From NCBI GenBank assembly GCA_951406725.2, contig OX597826.1, positions 33,542,001 through 33,606,000 on the forward strand: a DNA stretch of 64,000 nt. Reading direction: 5' to 3'. The stretch is from Octopus vulgaris. Lineage: Eukaryota. Positions 26,441-39,462 of this stretch are shown one piece after another. Numbering within the stretch: the first letter of the stretch is position 1; every line of letters starts with the position of its first letter. Below the pieces are notes generated by a model that searched no databases, was not told the DNA's origin, and was given only the letters and a program-made list of their open reading frames with translations. The translations under genes were made by a program, and so were the position numbers.

Positions 26441-28368
26441 ACAAATCAAAATAGATGAACATCAATGGAATTTGTATCTTTGTGGTACCAGTGCCGGTGG
26501 CACACAAGAATCCATCCGAACGTGGCCGTAGTCAGTACCGCATCACTGGCCATCGTGCTGTGGGCACATAACAAACACCATCCGATCGTGGCCGTTCGCC
26601 AGCCTCATCTAGCACCTGTGTCGGTGGCACATAAAAACACCATCCGAAGACCCGGTAAGACTAGTCAGGCCATAACCCATGGTCCCTACCTGGGACGTAG
26701 TCAGTCCACCTGTGCATACCTTCCTCCTTGTGATACTTGTGAAGGCCTGTTGAGGCAAGTGAAAATCATCCAAAAGTGGCCGTAGCCAGTACCGCATCGA
26801 CTGGCCTCCGTGCTGTGGGCACATGACAAACACCATCCGATCGTGGCCGTTCGCCAGCCTCATCTAGCACCTGTGTTGGTGGCACATAAAAACACCATCC
26901 GAAGACCCGGCAAGACTAGTCAGGCCATAACCCATGGCCCCTACCTGGGACGTAATCAGTCCACCTGTGCATACCTTCCTTCTTGTGACACTTGTGAAGA
27001 CCTGTTGAGGCAAGTGAAAATCAAAACAAATCAAAATAGATGAACATCAATGGAATCTGTATCTTTGTGGTACCAGTGCCGGTGGCACACAAGAAAACCA
27101 TCCGAACGTGGCCGTAGCCAGTTCCGCATCGACCGGCCTCCGTGCTGTGGGCACGTAACAAACACCATCCGATCATGGCCGTTCGCCAGCCTCATCTGGC
27201 ACCTGTGTCGGTGGCACATAAAAACACCTTCCGAAGACCCGGCAAGACTAGTCAGTCCACCTGTGCATACCTTCCTTCTTGTGACACTTGTGAAGACCTG
27301 TTGAGGCAAGTGAAAATCAAATCAAATCAAAATAGATGAACATCAATGGAATTTGTATCTTTGTGGTACCAGTGCCTGTGGCACACAAGAAATCCATCCG
27401 AACGTGGCCGTAGTCAGTACCGCATTGACTGGCCATCGTGTTGTGGGCACATAACAAACACCATCCGATCGTGGCCGTTCGCCAGCCTCATCTAGCACCT
27501 GTGTCGGTGGCACATAAAAACACCATCCGAAGACCCGGCAAGACTAGTCAGGCCATAACCTGTGGCCCCTACCAGGGACGTAGTCAGTCCACCTGTGCAT
27601 ACCTTCCTTCTTGTGACACTTGTGAAGACCTGTTGAGGCAAGTGAAAATCAAAATCAAAATGAAATCAAATCAAATCAAATCAAAACAAATCAAAATAGA
27701 TGAACATTAATGGAATTGTATCTTTGTGGTACCAGTGCCGGTGGCACACAAGAAAACCATCCGAACGTGGCCGTAGCCAGTACCGCACCGACTGGCCTCC
27801 GTGCTGTGGGCACGTAACAAACACCATCCGATCGTGGCCGTTCGCCAGCCTCATCTGGCACCTGTGTCGGTGGCACATAAAAACACCATCCGAAGACCCG
27901 GCAAGACTAGTCAGGCCATAACCTGTGGCCCCTACCTGGGACGTAGTCAGTCCACCTGTGCATACCTTCCTTCTTGTGACACTTGTGAAGACCTGTTGAG
28001 GCAAGTGAAAATCAAAACAAATCAAAATAGATGAACATCAATGGAATTTGTATCTTTGTGGTACCAGTGCCGGTGGAACGTGGCACACAAGAAAACCATC
28101 CGAACGTGGCTGTAGCCAGTACCGCATCGACTGGCCTCCGTGCTGTGGGCACGTAACAAACACCATCCGATCGTGGCCGTTTGCCAGCCTCATCTGGCAC
28201 CTGTGTCGGTGGCACATAAAAATACCATCCGAGCGTGGCCGTCTGCCAGCCTCATCTGGCACCTGTGTCGGTGGCACATAAAAAACACCATCCGAGCGTG
28301 GCCGTGCCAGCCGTCTGGCACCTGTGCCAGCCTCCGAGCGTCTGGCACCTGTGTCGGTGGCACATAAA
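26441..28368 (+). repeat. GC-richer ~330-bp tandem array (about six units, some truncated) derived from the family C element body
   Basis: Units start at ~26441, 26768 (5'-truncated), 27026, 27322, 27686 and 28017 (CAAATCAAAATAGATGAAC...GAGGCAAGTGAAAATC). Internal subrepeat GGCAC..AA..CCATCCGA. Confidence 0.95.
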
Positions 28369-28767
28369 ATCACCCACTACACTCTCGGAGTGGTTGGTGT
28401 TAGGAAGGGCATCCAGCTGTAGAAACACTGCCAGATCTGACTGGACTGGTGCAGCTTTCGGGCTCCCCAGACCCCAGTTGAACCGTCCAACCCATGCTAG
28501 CATGGAAAGCGGACGTTAAATGATGATGATGATGATGATGATATACCAGCCTGGCCTGGCACATAAAAAGCACCCACTACACTCATGGAGTGGTTGGCAT
28601 CCTGCTGAAGAAACACTGCCAGATCAGACTGGTGCCTGGTGCAGCCTTCTGGCTTCCCAGATCCCGGTCGAACCATCCAACCCATGCTAGCATGGAGAAC
28701 GGACGTTAAATGATGATGATGATAATGATGATGATACCCATGCTAGCATGGAAAGCAGACGTTAAAA

Positions 28768-28820
<53 letters not shown>
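28369..28820 (+). mobile_element. Three successive family C 3' ends with (GAT)n tails
   Basis: CCCATGCTAGCATGGA..GACGTTAAA(TGA)n at ~28491, 28681 and 28737. Confidence 0.9.
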
Positions 28821-28859
<39 letters not shown>

Positions 28860-28970
28860 GCTTCCATACAGTTTCTGTCTACCAAATTTTCCACATTAAG
28901 TAATGGAAACACTAGCCTAAGATGCCACACAGTAGAAACCAAATTTCAAACCATTTGATTGAAAAGCAAA

Positions 28971-29008
<38 letters not shown>

Positions 29009-29759
29009 ACATGCACACACATGCACACATATACACACACACACACATGTACGCACACACACACATGTATGCACACACACACACACACACACAATCAAAC
29101 AATTGAAACACATTCATACACACAAACATATACACACATATACACACACACATATACACACACACATACACACACACACATATATATGTACAATCAATAA
29201 TTTTTTCTTTGATCTGGCTGTCTTAAAATCAGATGTTTTTCCAGCTATGCTGAAATAAGGTAAAAAAGAACAAAACAATTTAAATTCATTTTTATTTCCC
29301 TAGATTTATAAACTAAAAAAAAAAAACTAAAGCAAATAATTTCATAGAATTCTCCATGGGGTATGTTTTGTTAAAATACAAAAATATTTTCTTATTAATT
29401 TCATACATTCATTCTTTTTTTAATCCAATGTTGGTTATTTGAAAATAAGGAAAAATATAGTTTTGTGAAATAGTGAAGAAAATTTGGTAGAAAACGGTAT
29501 CTATGTGTGGCGGAATCTAAAGTGGAACTTTAAATAATTCTGTCTCAGAGAATTCTGCCTTGTTGCTGCTTTCTATGTCGCAGTTAACTTGCTTGAGAAT
29601 TAATGTTTAGGGTACACTTGTTGCCGGAATACTCGGCCGCTTGCATGGTAAATCAATGAGTATGGTTGTTCGGTTGACCGAGTAACTGGAAACCCAGGGT
29701 CAGAAATGCTGGGATCCAAATCCATATGTTGGAGTTCATGTGTATTTCAAAATGGAATA

Positions 29760-30540
29760 GAAGAAGAAGAAGAAGAAGAAGAAGAAGAAGAAGAAGAAGA
29801 AGAAGAAGAAGAAGAAGAAGAAGAAGAAGAAGAAGAAGAAGAAGAAGAAGAAGAAGAAGAAGAAGAAGAAGAAGAAGAAGAAGAAGAAGAAGAAGAATGG
29901 AAGAAGAAGAAGAAGAAGAAGAAGAAGAATGGAAGAAGAAGAAGAAGAAGAAAGGAGAAGAAGAAGAAGAAGAAAGGAGAAGAAGAAGAAGAAGAAGAAG
30001 AAGAAGAAGAAGAAGAATGGAAGAAGAAGAAGAAGAAGAAGAAGAAGAAAGGAGAAGAAGAAGAAGATGAAGAAAGGAGAAGAAGAAGAAGAAGAAGAAG
30101 AAGAAGAAGAAGAAGAAGAAGAAGAAGAAGAAGAAGAAAGGAGAAGAAGAAGAAGAAGAAGAAAGGAGAAGAAGAAGAAGAAGAAGAAGAAGAAGAAGAA
30201 GAAGAAGAAGAAGAAGAAGAAGAAGAAGAAGAAGAAGAAGAAGAAGAAGAAAGGAGAAGAAGAAGAAGAAGAAGAAGAAGAAGAAGAAGAAGAAGAAGAA
30301 AGGAGAAGAAGAAGAAGAAGAAGAAAGGAAGAAGAAGAAGAAGAAGAAGAAGAAGAAGAAGAAGAAGAAGAAGAATGGAAGAAGAAGAAGAAAGGAGAAG
30401 AAGAAGAAGAAGAAGAAGAAGAAGAAAGGAGAAGGAGAAGAAGAAAGGAGAAGAAGAAGAAGAAGAAAGGAGAAGGAGAAGAAGAAGGAGAAGAAGAAGA
30501 AAAAGAAGAAGAAAGGAGAAGAAGAAGAAGGGAAAGAAGA
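29760..30540. repeat. ~780-bp interrupted (GAA)n polypurine tract
   Basis: Direct reading; recurrent GAAAGGA and GAATG interruptions. Confidence 0.95.
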
Positions 30541-30910
30541 TGCCAACAATCACAAAACCATGATGATGGTGTCAATGGTGATAATAAAAATGTTGATGAT
30601 GATAATGACAGTGATGATGATGATGATGTCAATTGAAGTAATTGTGTTCATGGCAAGATTAGTACTGCTGATGAGGATAGTGATGATGATGAGATGCTTA
30701 AGCTAAAGATGATGATGATGATGATGATAATAATAATGGTAATAATGACTATTATTACGATGATGATAATGAAGATGTGTAGGAGGATGTGGAGGGGGGG
30801 GGGTGGAAGGCGATCGGTTCCACAAGACTTGTTAATTAGATTAAGCAGGTTCTACTTGACACCAATAACTGGATTTCAGTAATCGATATTCATGATTAAG
30901 GCTTTTCTGT

Positions 30911-30946
<36 letters not shown>

Positions 30947-30949
<3 letters not shown>

Positions 30950-31700
30950 TGTCGTGTATGTCAACAACAAAATGAAACCATTGATCATGCTGTCTCCAAG
31001 TGCAGTCTTCTTGCGCCTGCAGAGTATCTCAACAGGCATGATAGAGCTGCACAATGGGTAATTTGCAAAAGCCTGGACTTGCTCCATGATAAAAACTGGT
31101 GGGAACACAAACCACGTCCAGTGTTTGAAAATGACCACATCTCACTCCTCTGGAACTTCACCATTCAAACTGACAGAAAGATAGACGCGAATAGGCCAGG
31201 CATCATATTGAAAGACTTCAAACAAAGAACATGCCTCCTCATTGATATGACTGTCCCAATCGATATAAACGTATCTGTCAAGACCTACCAAAAACTGAGC
31301 AAATATAAAGATCTTGAAATAGAAATCAGCAAAATGTGGAACCAGAAGACTAAAACAATACCTGTTGTCATAGGTGCTCTGGGAATGATAGCAAAAGGGG
31401 CTGATTGCTACCTAACTCAGATACCAGGAAACCCTCAAAATGGCAGAAATTCAAAAGATAGTGCTCATGGCAACTGCTTATATCCTACGCAAAACACTTT
31501 CTTTGTAATCTCAAGTTTTAAAACAAACATAATTTTCGTATGGTTTTATAGGCATTCACTAGTACAGCACTAAGTACAAAACCAAATATATGGCACCCTA
31601 GGCGTAATACCAACATGAACTTCCAACTTGTTGCCTCTTGAGGTCTCTGGTTGAGACTTGGAGCCAGCTTGTGCAAATGTAAAGCAAAAATCAAACATAG
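30947..31700 (+). mobile_element. 5'-truncated R4/Dong-clade non-LTR retrotransposon (CCHC knuckle, restriction-like endonuclease, 3' UTR)
   Basis: The frame from 30950 reads CRVCQQQNETIDHAVSKC (CX2CX8HX4C), YLNRHD, LLWNFTIQTDRKIDANRPG, LLIDMTVP, KLSKYKDL, IPVVIGALG. A frameshift lies near 31435 and the stop at 31506-31508. (TAA)n on both flanks. Confidence 0.92.
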
Positions 31701-31706
31701 AATAAG

Positions 31707-31737
<31 letters not shown>

Positions 31738-33122
31738 TCTACTATAGGCTCAGGGCCTGGAATTTGAAAGAAGGATCTAGTCAGTTGTATGGACACCAAT
31801 ACTTGACTGGTACTTTATCTTATTGGTCCCAAAAGGATAAACAGCAAACTTGATCTTGGTAGAATTTGAACTGCCAGAAATAGCAGCGAACTTCCCTCAC
31901 CTCATACACCCTACCATCTTAGAATAAAGGGCACAATAAATATTTATGTTCTTAGAACCTCTGTATTTTAGAAACAAAGAATTATGGAATGGGCATGGCT
32001 GGCCAGAATGCCTTTCATCATAAGTTAGTTTGGTCTTGGCTGACCTGTTGCTAAGCAACAACAACAACAGCTGGAAGCAATTCTTAGTCTACTTTGTAAA
32101 ACAGAATCCCTTCAGCAACAGGTAAGGTACACACTTTGTTTCCTAGCACCAAGCAGCATCTGTTTACTTGTTTACGACTCCATAAGTAGCCATCAATACA
32201 GTATACAATGACCCATGCAATTAATACCCCGTTAACTCAATTATTATAATTAACGATTCACAACTAACATAGCACATCAAACAGACCATTATGGACATTC
32301 CTTCCTAATAGCTGTTTAACATCTCTTGCAGAAGAAAACATCATTAACAGAACTTGTTCTCATCACAACACTTTCTGAAAGTCTTAAAATATACATTACT
32401 TTACTAATTGCTGCTAGCAAGGAAATCTTTGGCAATTTCAGATCTACAGAACTGTCTACTTTTAGGTAGTGGCTATTCCAAAGAATATCGATGAGGATAC
32501 TTTGAGTTATCTGATCCCAGATTTTTGCTTCTCTGTGTTCACTTCTTTCTGAGAGCAACCTTGCTTTTTATTCTATTGAGTTCAACAAATAAATTCATAG
32601 GTCAGAGGGTGGGGGCATATTAATAGAATTGTTAGTGTTGTTGTCATATACAAAAGAAAGTATCCAATACACTCTGTAAAGTGGCTGGTATAAGGAAGGG
32701 CAGCCAGCCATAGAAGCCATGCCAAAGGAAATGCTGGGGTTTCCTGTAGTCTTCTGGCTCACTGGCTGCTGGCTGCTGATAAATAATCCAGCCCTCACCA
32801 GCTTGGAATGTGGATGTTAAATGATGGTGATGACAGTGATGATGATGATGAGACAGAGCAGGAGAAGGAGGAGGAGGATGTGGTGGGTGGGAAGATAGAA
32901 GGACAAGGGGAATGGGAAGAGGAGGATGGGGAGGTTGTTCTGATACTTTGCATTCTAATTGCAACAATCAGCAGTATGGCTTCTGTAAATCCAAACCCAA
33001 GAGTGACCAGCTGGCGGAGAATCCACCTGGGGTTAAATTACTAGTGACGTTCAACTGCCACTTTGATGTGGCTACATACGCTACTACTCTATCTCTTCTT
33101 GAGATTTTATAACTAGTCATAT

Positions 33123-33133
33123 ATGTGTTGTGT

Positions 33134-33213
<80 letters not shown>

Positions 33214-33380
33214 ATGGGCTTCTTTCAGTTTCTGCCCACCAAATCCACTCACAAGGCTTTGGTTGGTCTGAAGCTATGGCAGAACACACATGCCCAAGGT
33301 GCCAAGCAGTAGGACCAAATCAAGAACCAAATGGTTGGGAAGCAAGCTGCTTAACTCACAGCCATGCTTGCACCTGCATC
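33123..33380 (-). mobile_element. Family A SINE 5' half with expanded (GT)n
   Basis: GGGCTTCTTTCAGTTTCTG..CCAAATCCACTCACAAGGCTTTGG...CACACAGCCATGC-like end. Confidence 0.75.
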
Positions 33381-34189
33381 TGAAGAATTTTCTGACTCCA
33401 AATTCATAACAGTTATGATTGAGTCCTCAATACGAAAATGTCTTCTTTTTTTTACATATAATAAAACAAAACAAAAAAAGAAATATATACAACAGTAAAA
33501 TTATGAATGAAAAAATATCACAGAGGACAGATAAAAATTTTTTTTAAATAGTTGAAGAACCAAAAAAATGCCAACAAAAATTAAACGAAGGGCACAAGGT
33601 GAAAAAGCTGTTTTCATATTTCATAATAAAATATATTTATAGCAGATATAAAACTATGATTTTTGAGTTGAGTAATAAAAGTTATTCTAAATATATAAAT
33701 TTGTTAGCTAAAATATTAAATTAAGATCAAATACTAACTACAAATGAATATATTCAGAGGCAATGAAATATTATTGGAATGTTATTTAAATTAGTGTTCC
33801 TTTTATCATTTCCTGATTGCTACTTGAGAATATCATTATTCTTGCTAACCATCTATCAAGTGAGTCTCATAAATTCCATCTTGTCTTTTATGATATATCA
33901 AGGCTTAGACTGAAAGGATTCTGATGAAACCAAATTCAAATGAAACGATTTTCAAACCAATAAGTACCCTAATAAATACTAATAAAATGACAAATAATTA
34001 CAAAAGTAAAAAGAAATCTATATACACATACTGTACATATAATTTTATATATAAATAAATAAATAAATATATATATAATATATAGCTTGTCTCTTTCTGA
34101 TTCTGTCACTTTCTCTCTCTCTTTATTTGTCTGTCTATGTGTGATGTGCATGTGTATATATGCACATTATATATACATATACATGCAAA

Positions 34190-34420
34190 TCTCTTATATA
34201 AAATCCATTCTGTATGTCTGTGTGTGTGGCTTCTAGGATCTCAGGCATCCTCCATCTGGTTGTGCTCAAATTTGATGTGTAGATACCGACGGTATCAGGG
34301 CGTGTATAGGTCTTGAAAAAAATTACAAAAATCGATTCCAGGTGAGAACGCGATCGATAAAGCCGTGGGAAATCGTTTTTCTTTGGAATGGAAAAAAAGT
34401 CTATCTTCATTTCTTCTTTT
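34190..34420 (+). mobile_element. Probable 5' fragment of a non-autonomous Helitron-like element
   Basis: A|TCTCTTATATAAAA start, then GT-rich run and CTCAAATTTG. The organisation resembles 48443-48635 and the stretch is CpG-rich; no CTAG end found. Confidence 0.45.
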
Positions 34421-34594
34421 GCTGGTGTCTCAAATTTAGGTTAAATCAGTGTTTCTCAAAGGGGAGGCCTATGGGACGGGTCGGACAAGTTGTTTTGAGA
34501 AAATTTGGTTTAAATGTTTGACAACTCGGCACCATCCATTGGATGGGGGTGGGGGGGTCATGTTGCTCATATATAGATATACGTATATCTGTGC

Positions 34595-34912
34595 AAAGCC
34601 TTGTGAGTGGATTTGGTTGATGGAAACTAAAAGAAGCCTGCTGCATATAAATGTATACTATATATATATATATATATATATATGCATGCATCTATGTATG
34701 TGTGTTTTTGTGTTTGTGAATGTCATTGCCTAATGGTTGATGTTGGTTTGTTTCTGTAAGTTAGGAGTTTGGCAAAACAGACTGATAGAATAAGTGCCAG
34801 GCTTGAAGTACAAGCACGGAGATTGATTCATTGAAAAAACAAAACCTTGTTTGGAGTTGTATGGCAGCATGGCTGCAGTCCAATGATTGAAACATGTAAG
34901 AAGTAAGAGTAT
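34595..34912 (+). mobile_element. SINE family A 3' part
   Basis: AAAGCCTTGTGAGTGGATTTGG...GATAGAATAAGT...CAGCATGGCTGCAGTC...AAGAGT. Confidence 0.75.
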
Positions 34913-36455
34913 GTATGGTGTACATGTGTGCATGTGTGTATGTGTGTGTGTGTGTGTGGTGTATATGTGGCATGTGTATGTAGTGTATGTATGTGGTGTA
35001 TGTGTTTGCATGTGCATGTGTGTGGTGTACATGCATGTATGTGTGTGTGTGGTGCATGTGCGTGTGTGTGTGTGTGGTGTGCATGCATGCATGTGTGCAT
35101 GTACATGTGTGTGTGTGTGAGTGTTCGTGTGTGTTTTAACATCTGTACTGCTAAAACCTGCTCTGCTCTGGCTCCTTTCATATTTTTATCCACCTTTTGC
35201 CCCATACCTCCTAGAATAGGGTAATTTCTTGGATTTCATAGTTTTGCAAACAGCATGATCGTCTCACTAGTGCAGGCAACATGAGGAAAAGCACCCAGTA
35301 CATACTGTAAAGTGATTGGTGTTAGGAAGGGCATCTGGCCATAGAAACCAAGCATCCAGCTTCAGAAGCCATGCCAAAGCAGACACTGGACCACAATGCA
35401 GTTGTTGCACCCATAAGATCTTATCAACCTGTCCAACCCATGCTAGCATGTATTGTATTAACATAAAATGCTGCCAGGAAGTAGGATTGAACCAGAAAAC
35501 TCATGATTGTGAAGTAGACCATTCATCCATGTCTTTGGAAAATTTAGTCAAACCCTCAATAAAACGTTTTTACCTGCCACAGTCTCCTTTTTCTCCCCTC
35601 ACCTTGTATAAAATAATTTATCATCAATGTGATTTAAGTTGGTTTGAACAAAATTTAATTAAAATTTATTTCCTAAAAATAGAAATGTGTTGGAATCTTG
35701 AGAAGAAGAGAAAAGTACTTGTCTTTGTTTTTGGGGGTTTTTTTTCAAGCTAAGTGAAAGAATTGCATTTCTGTTGGGGTAAGTTAAAAGTATTCTTGAG
35801 AGTAAAAAAATAAAAGTCTGGGAGAGGAGAGGGCGGGATGGGAGTGATGATGAAGAAAGCCAGAGACTTGTTAATTATTATATTTATGAACAATGGGCAA
35901 AAAATGTCCTTTAGAATATACTTTGCATTATAGCTGTTGTTGTTCTTCTTCTTCTCACAATGATGATAACTACAACAATGACAATGATGATGATCATCAT
36001 CATCTCAATACATATATATATTTTTTTGCTGCCATCATTTTACTATTATTATTATTATTATGGATATATTATTTTTATTATTATTGTTATTATTATTATT
36101 ACTATTATTATTACTGTTATTATTATCATTATTATTATCATCATTATTACTGTCATCATCATCATCACTATTACCACTGTTTTTGTCATCACTGTCACTA
36201 CATCTTTGTCCTCATCATTGTCATCATCATCATCTTCATCACCACTGTCATCATAGAAATAAATCTGAATTTTATTTTTCCCCTCTCCTCCTTTGATTTG
36301 TCTCGAAATCAATGGTTACTTAAATTAACTTTAAAAATTTTAAAGTTGATTTCTTTCTTTTTGTTTTTTTTTTGTTTTTTGCTTTGGCTTTTCTGTATCT
36401 TTTCTGTCTCATCCAAGTAAAAGAAGAGATTTTTTCAGTACAAACTGAGTATATA

Positions 36456-36562
36456 AAGAAGAAGAAGAAGAAGAAGAAGAAGAAGAAGAAGAAGAAGAAG
36501 AAGAAGAAGAAGAAGAAGAAGAAGAAGAAGAAGAAGAAGAAGAAGAAGAAGAAGAAGAAGAA
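36456..36562. repeat. Pure (AAG)n microsatellite
   Basis: Direct reading. Confidence 0.95.
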
Positions 36563-38264
36563 CACTATACCACTATATCTACATAGAAACATGATTGTGT
36601 GCAATTTTTTTAATCATTTTAATTATTGACTCAATTCATATTTTCCAGCATACAATTTGATTTGAATATCCAATTGCAATTATAAGTTTGCAAGTTATAA
36701 AACTTAATTTTACTGTCATCTATTATAGAATTTGGCTGTGTATTGGAGTAGTTTTGCGAATGAGATTCTCAAACTGTAATATGAATTTATAAACATAAGT
36801 ATATCGGCGACATTTGTTCGATATTTGCCTTTGGAATAACTTAACCCCATAACATTGGTTGTAATGTAAATTTACATGTGCTGTGTACTCACTTTGAATC
36901 AGATGATGAATATATACACAGCCCTATCTGCTCTGGTTTTGTACCTGTTTGTGTGCTGGTTGATATAAATATCTGCTGTCTCTCACGGAATCGATAATAG
37001 AGGCCACCATGCAAATTTCAAGGAATCTGAAAGGTTTCTTAGACTCTTCATGTAAATATTTCCAACTCATTACAGACTTCATCACCAAAATAGTATGAAA
37101 GCGGCAGTTTTGGCTGTTACACCACCATTTCCATTATGACTTCCGATCAAATTCGTATATATTCAGCAAATTCTTCTGCTCCTTCACAGAATTTATAGTT
37201 GCATCCAGCCATGCCTGTTTCAATGAATTTATGGTCCTCGCAGTGACGACAGTTTACACAAATAAAGAGTGCATTCTTTAAAGTAGTTCATGTAAATATA
37301 TGCCAAACTGTTGTCGTACACTAATTGCTGATCTTGGCTAGGATGATTACCACCAGTGCGACCTAGTTGCTGCATAAAAATCCATTGCCATGGAAATTTA
37401 TAATAAGATAAATTGAACAAGGATTTTATTCATGCAATAGGATTTCTTTAAGACATGGCTGTGTGGATAAGGTGCTTGCTTCCCGACCACAAGGTTTCAG
37501 GTTCAGTCCTACTGTGTGGTACTTTAAGTAAATGTCTTCTACTACAGCCTCACTCTCAGCAAAGCTTTTAAGTGGATTTGGAAGATGGAAACTGAAAGAA
37601 GTCCATTGTGTGTGTGTGTGTGTGTGCATCACAGTCATGATCTCAATTCCTGGGCCAAGTGGTGAGTTGTGTTTCTGTGCAAAACACTTCATTTCATGTG
37701 GCTCCAGTCCATTCAGCCCACATGTGCAGCCCTGTGATGGGCTGGGGTCCTTCCATGGAAATGTTGTGATCTCTGTCACTTATGTGCCATGGAATCCAGG
37801 GAAATGGCACTGAGAGTCCTAGGACTCAAGACTCAAAGCAGTAATCTTTTATCTTTTACCTTTAACATGTTCCATGCAACTGGTTCTTAATTTATCGATC
37901 CCAAAAGGATGAAAGGCAAAGTTGATCTCGGGGGAATTTGAACTCAGAACGTAAAGAAAGACGAAATACCGCTAAACATTTTGCCCGGCATGCTAACATT
38001 TCTGCCATCTCCCCCCACCTTATCAGAATGAAATATATAAGAAGTAACACAAACTGCTGTTACTCATTTGCATCTTAATATATTCATTATGACACATTAT
38101 TTAAATAATTACTTGCTAAGAATATTAAATACAGTCTACCCTCACTTATTTGTTGGCTGTGAATAATTGAATAATTGAAACGAGAGTATAAAATATTAAA
38201 GGTGTATAAATTGATTTTAAAAACAAGTGTGGCCTCCATGTTGATGTTTAGCCAATGGTGGTGA

Positions 38265-39050
38265 GCAGGTACAATCGATACCATGCTGGACAACATGCAT
38301 AGTGGCATTTAGTATGTCTTTACGGCCGGAGTTCAAATTCCGTTGAGGTTAACTTCACTTTTCATCCTTTGTGGGGTTGATAAAATAAGTACCAGTTGAG
38401 TACTGGGGTCGATATCATTGACTTACCCTTCCTCCAAAGTTACTGGCCTAGTATCAAAATTTAAAATTAATATTTAGTCAAATATAGGGCCGTGAGCTGG
38501 CAGAAATGTTAGCACACTGGGCAAAATGCTTAGCGGTATTTCGTCTGTTTTTACACTCTGAGTTCAAATTCCACCAAGGTCGACTTTGCCTTTCATCCTT
38601 TCAGGGTCGATAAATTAAGTACCAGTTGCATACTGGGGTCGATCTTATCGACTGGCTCCCCCACCCCCAAAAAAAAAATTATGGGCCTTGTGCCTAGAGG
38701 AGAAAAGAAAAGAATAATATAAGTAACAGCTGATCACTGTAGGTTGATGTAATTGACCCAAACACTCCGCTGATGTTGCTGGCCTTGTGCCAAAAATTTT
38801 TAACCATTATTTAGGCAGCCCAGTAGCAAGCTGACAGAATCATTACTATGCCAGACAAAATGCTAAGAATCATTTAGTTTGTTTTTACATTCTGAACTCA
38901 AATTCTGGTGAGGCTAACTTTGCCTTTCATCCTTTCAGGGTCGATAAATTAAGTACCAGTTATGTACTGGGGGTGGAGTGGGGCTCTATGTAATTGACTT
39001 CACCGAGGCCCCAAAATTGCTGGCATTGTGCCAAAATTTAAAACCAATAT
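38265..39050 (+). mobile_element. Three same-orientation family B SINE copies
   Basis: The B core (GAGTTCAAATTC..CTTTCATCCTTT..GATAAA..AAGTACCAG) at ~38330, 38560 and 38895. Confidence 0.8.
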
Positions 39051-39430
39051 TTAGTCAACCTAAAAATATTAAGTGTGAATATTACTTTGAAAAAAAAATG
39101 CACAGAGTTCCTTCCTGTAAATGCATTAAAGAATCTGTGTTTATCCTTTATACAGTGGCATAATTATGGCAAGATTTCTGGGAGAAATGCAAGCAAATCG
39201 GAACCTGAGCACACTGAAAATGCAAGAATGTGGCAATAAGGATATTAAATAGGAAATATAATGGCTTTCTGAAACATTATTAAAGAAAGCAGCTTTCTGA
39301 ATGGAAGATATATTTTCCTTTTAAATGCTTCTGGTAGATTACCAAAACTCTTTGACAGAATTTTTATTAAGGATTGCTCTATAGCAGACTGGACACCAAC
39401 ATGAGAACTAACAGAAGGAAGAGTGATATG

Positions 39431-39462
<32 letters not shown>

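Noticed and set aside
26441-28368. CRISPR-like look of short repeats with intervening sequence; repeated MLWAH.. ORFs
   Set aside because: The intervening segments are themselves repeated each unit, the context is eukaryotic with no cas genes, and the array is continuous with a SINE tail. The ORFs are by-products.
29653-30636. ORFs of 235-298 aa (poly-E/K/R, poly-S/F/L)
   Set aside because: Stop-free only because they span the (GAA)n tract.
32316-32558. 80-aa ORF
   Set aside because: No recognisable domain or exon boundaries.
33921-33950. CTGATGA...GAAAC
   Set aside because: No stem II pairing.
34447-34460. hAT-like terminus CAGTGTTTCTCAA (also at 48980)
   Set aside because: Only one end seen at each site, both in the same orientation; no partner TIR or 8-bp TSD found.
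36840-37420. CpG-containing segment that might be a decayed DNA-transposase gene
   Set aside because: I could not recover any diagnostic motif; it needs a translated profile search.
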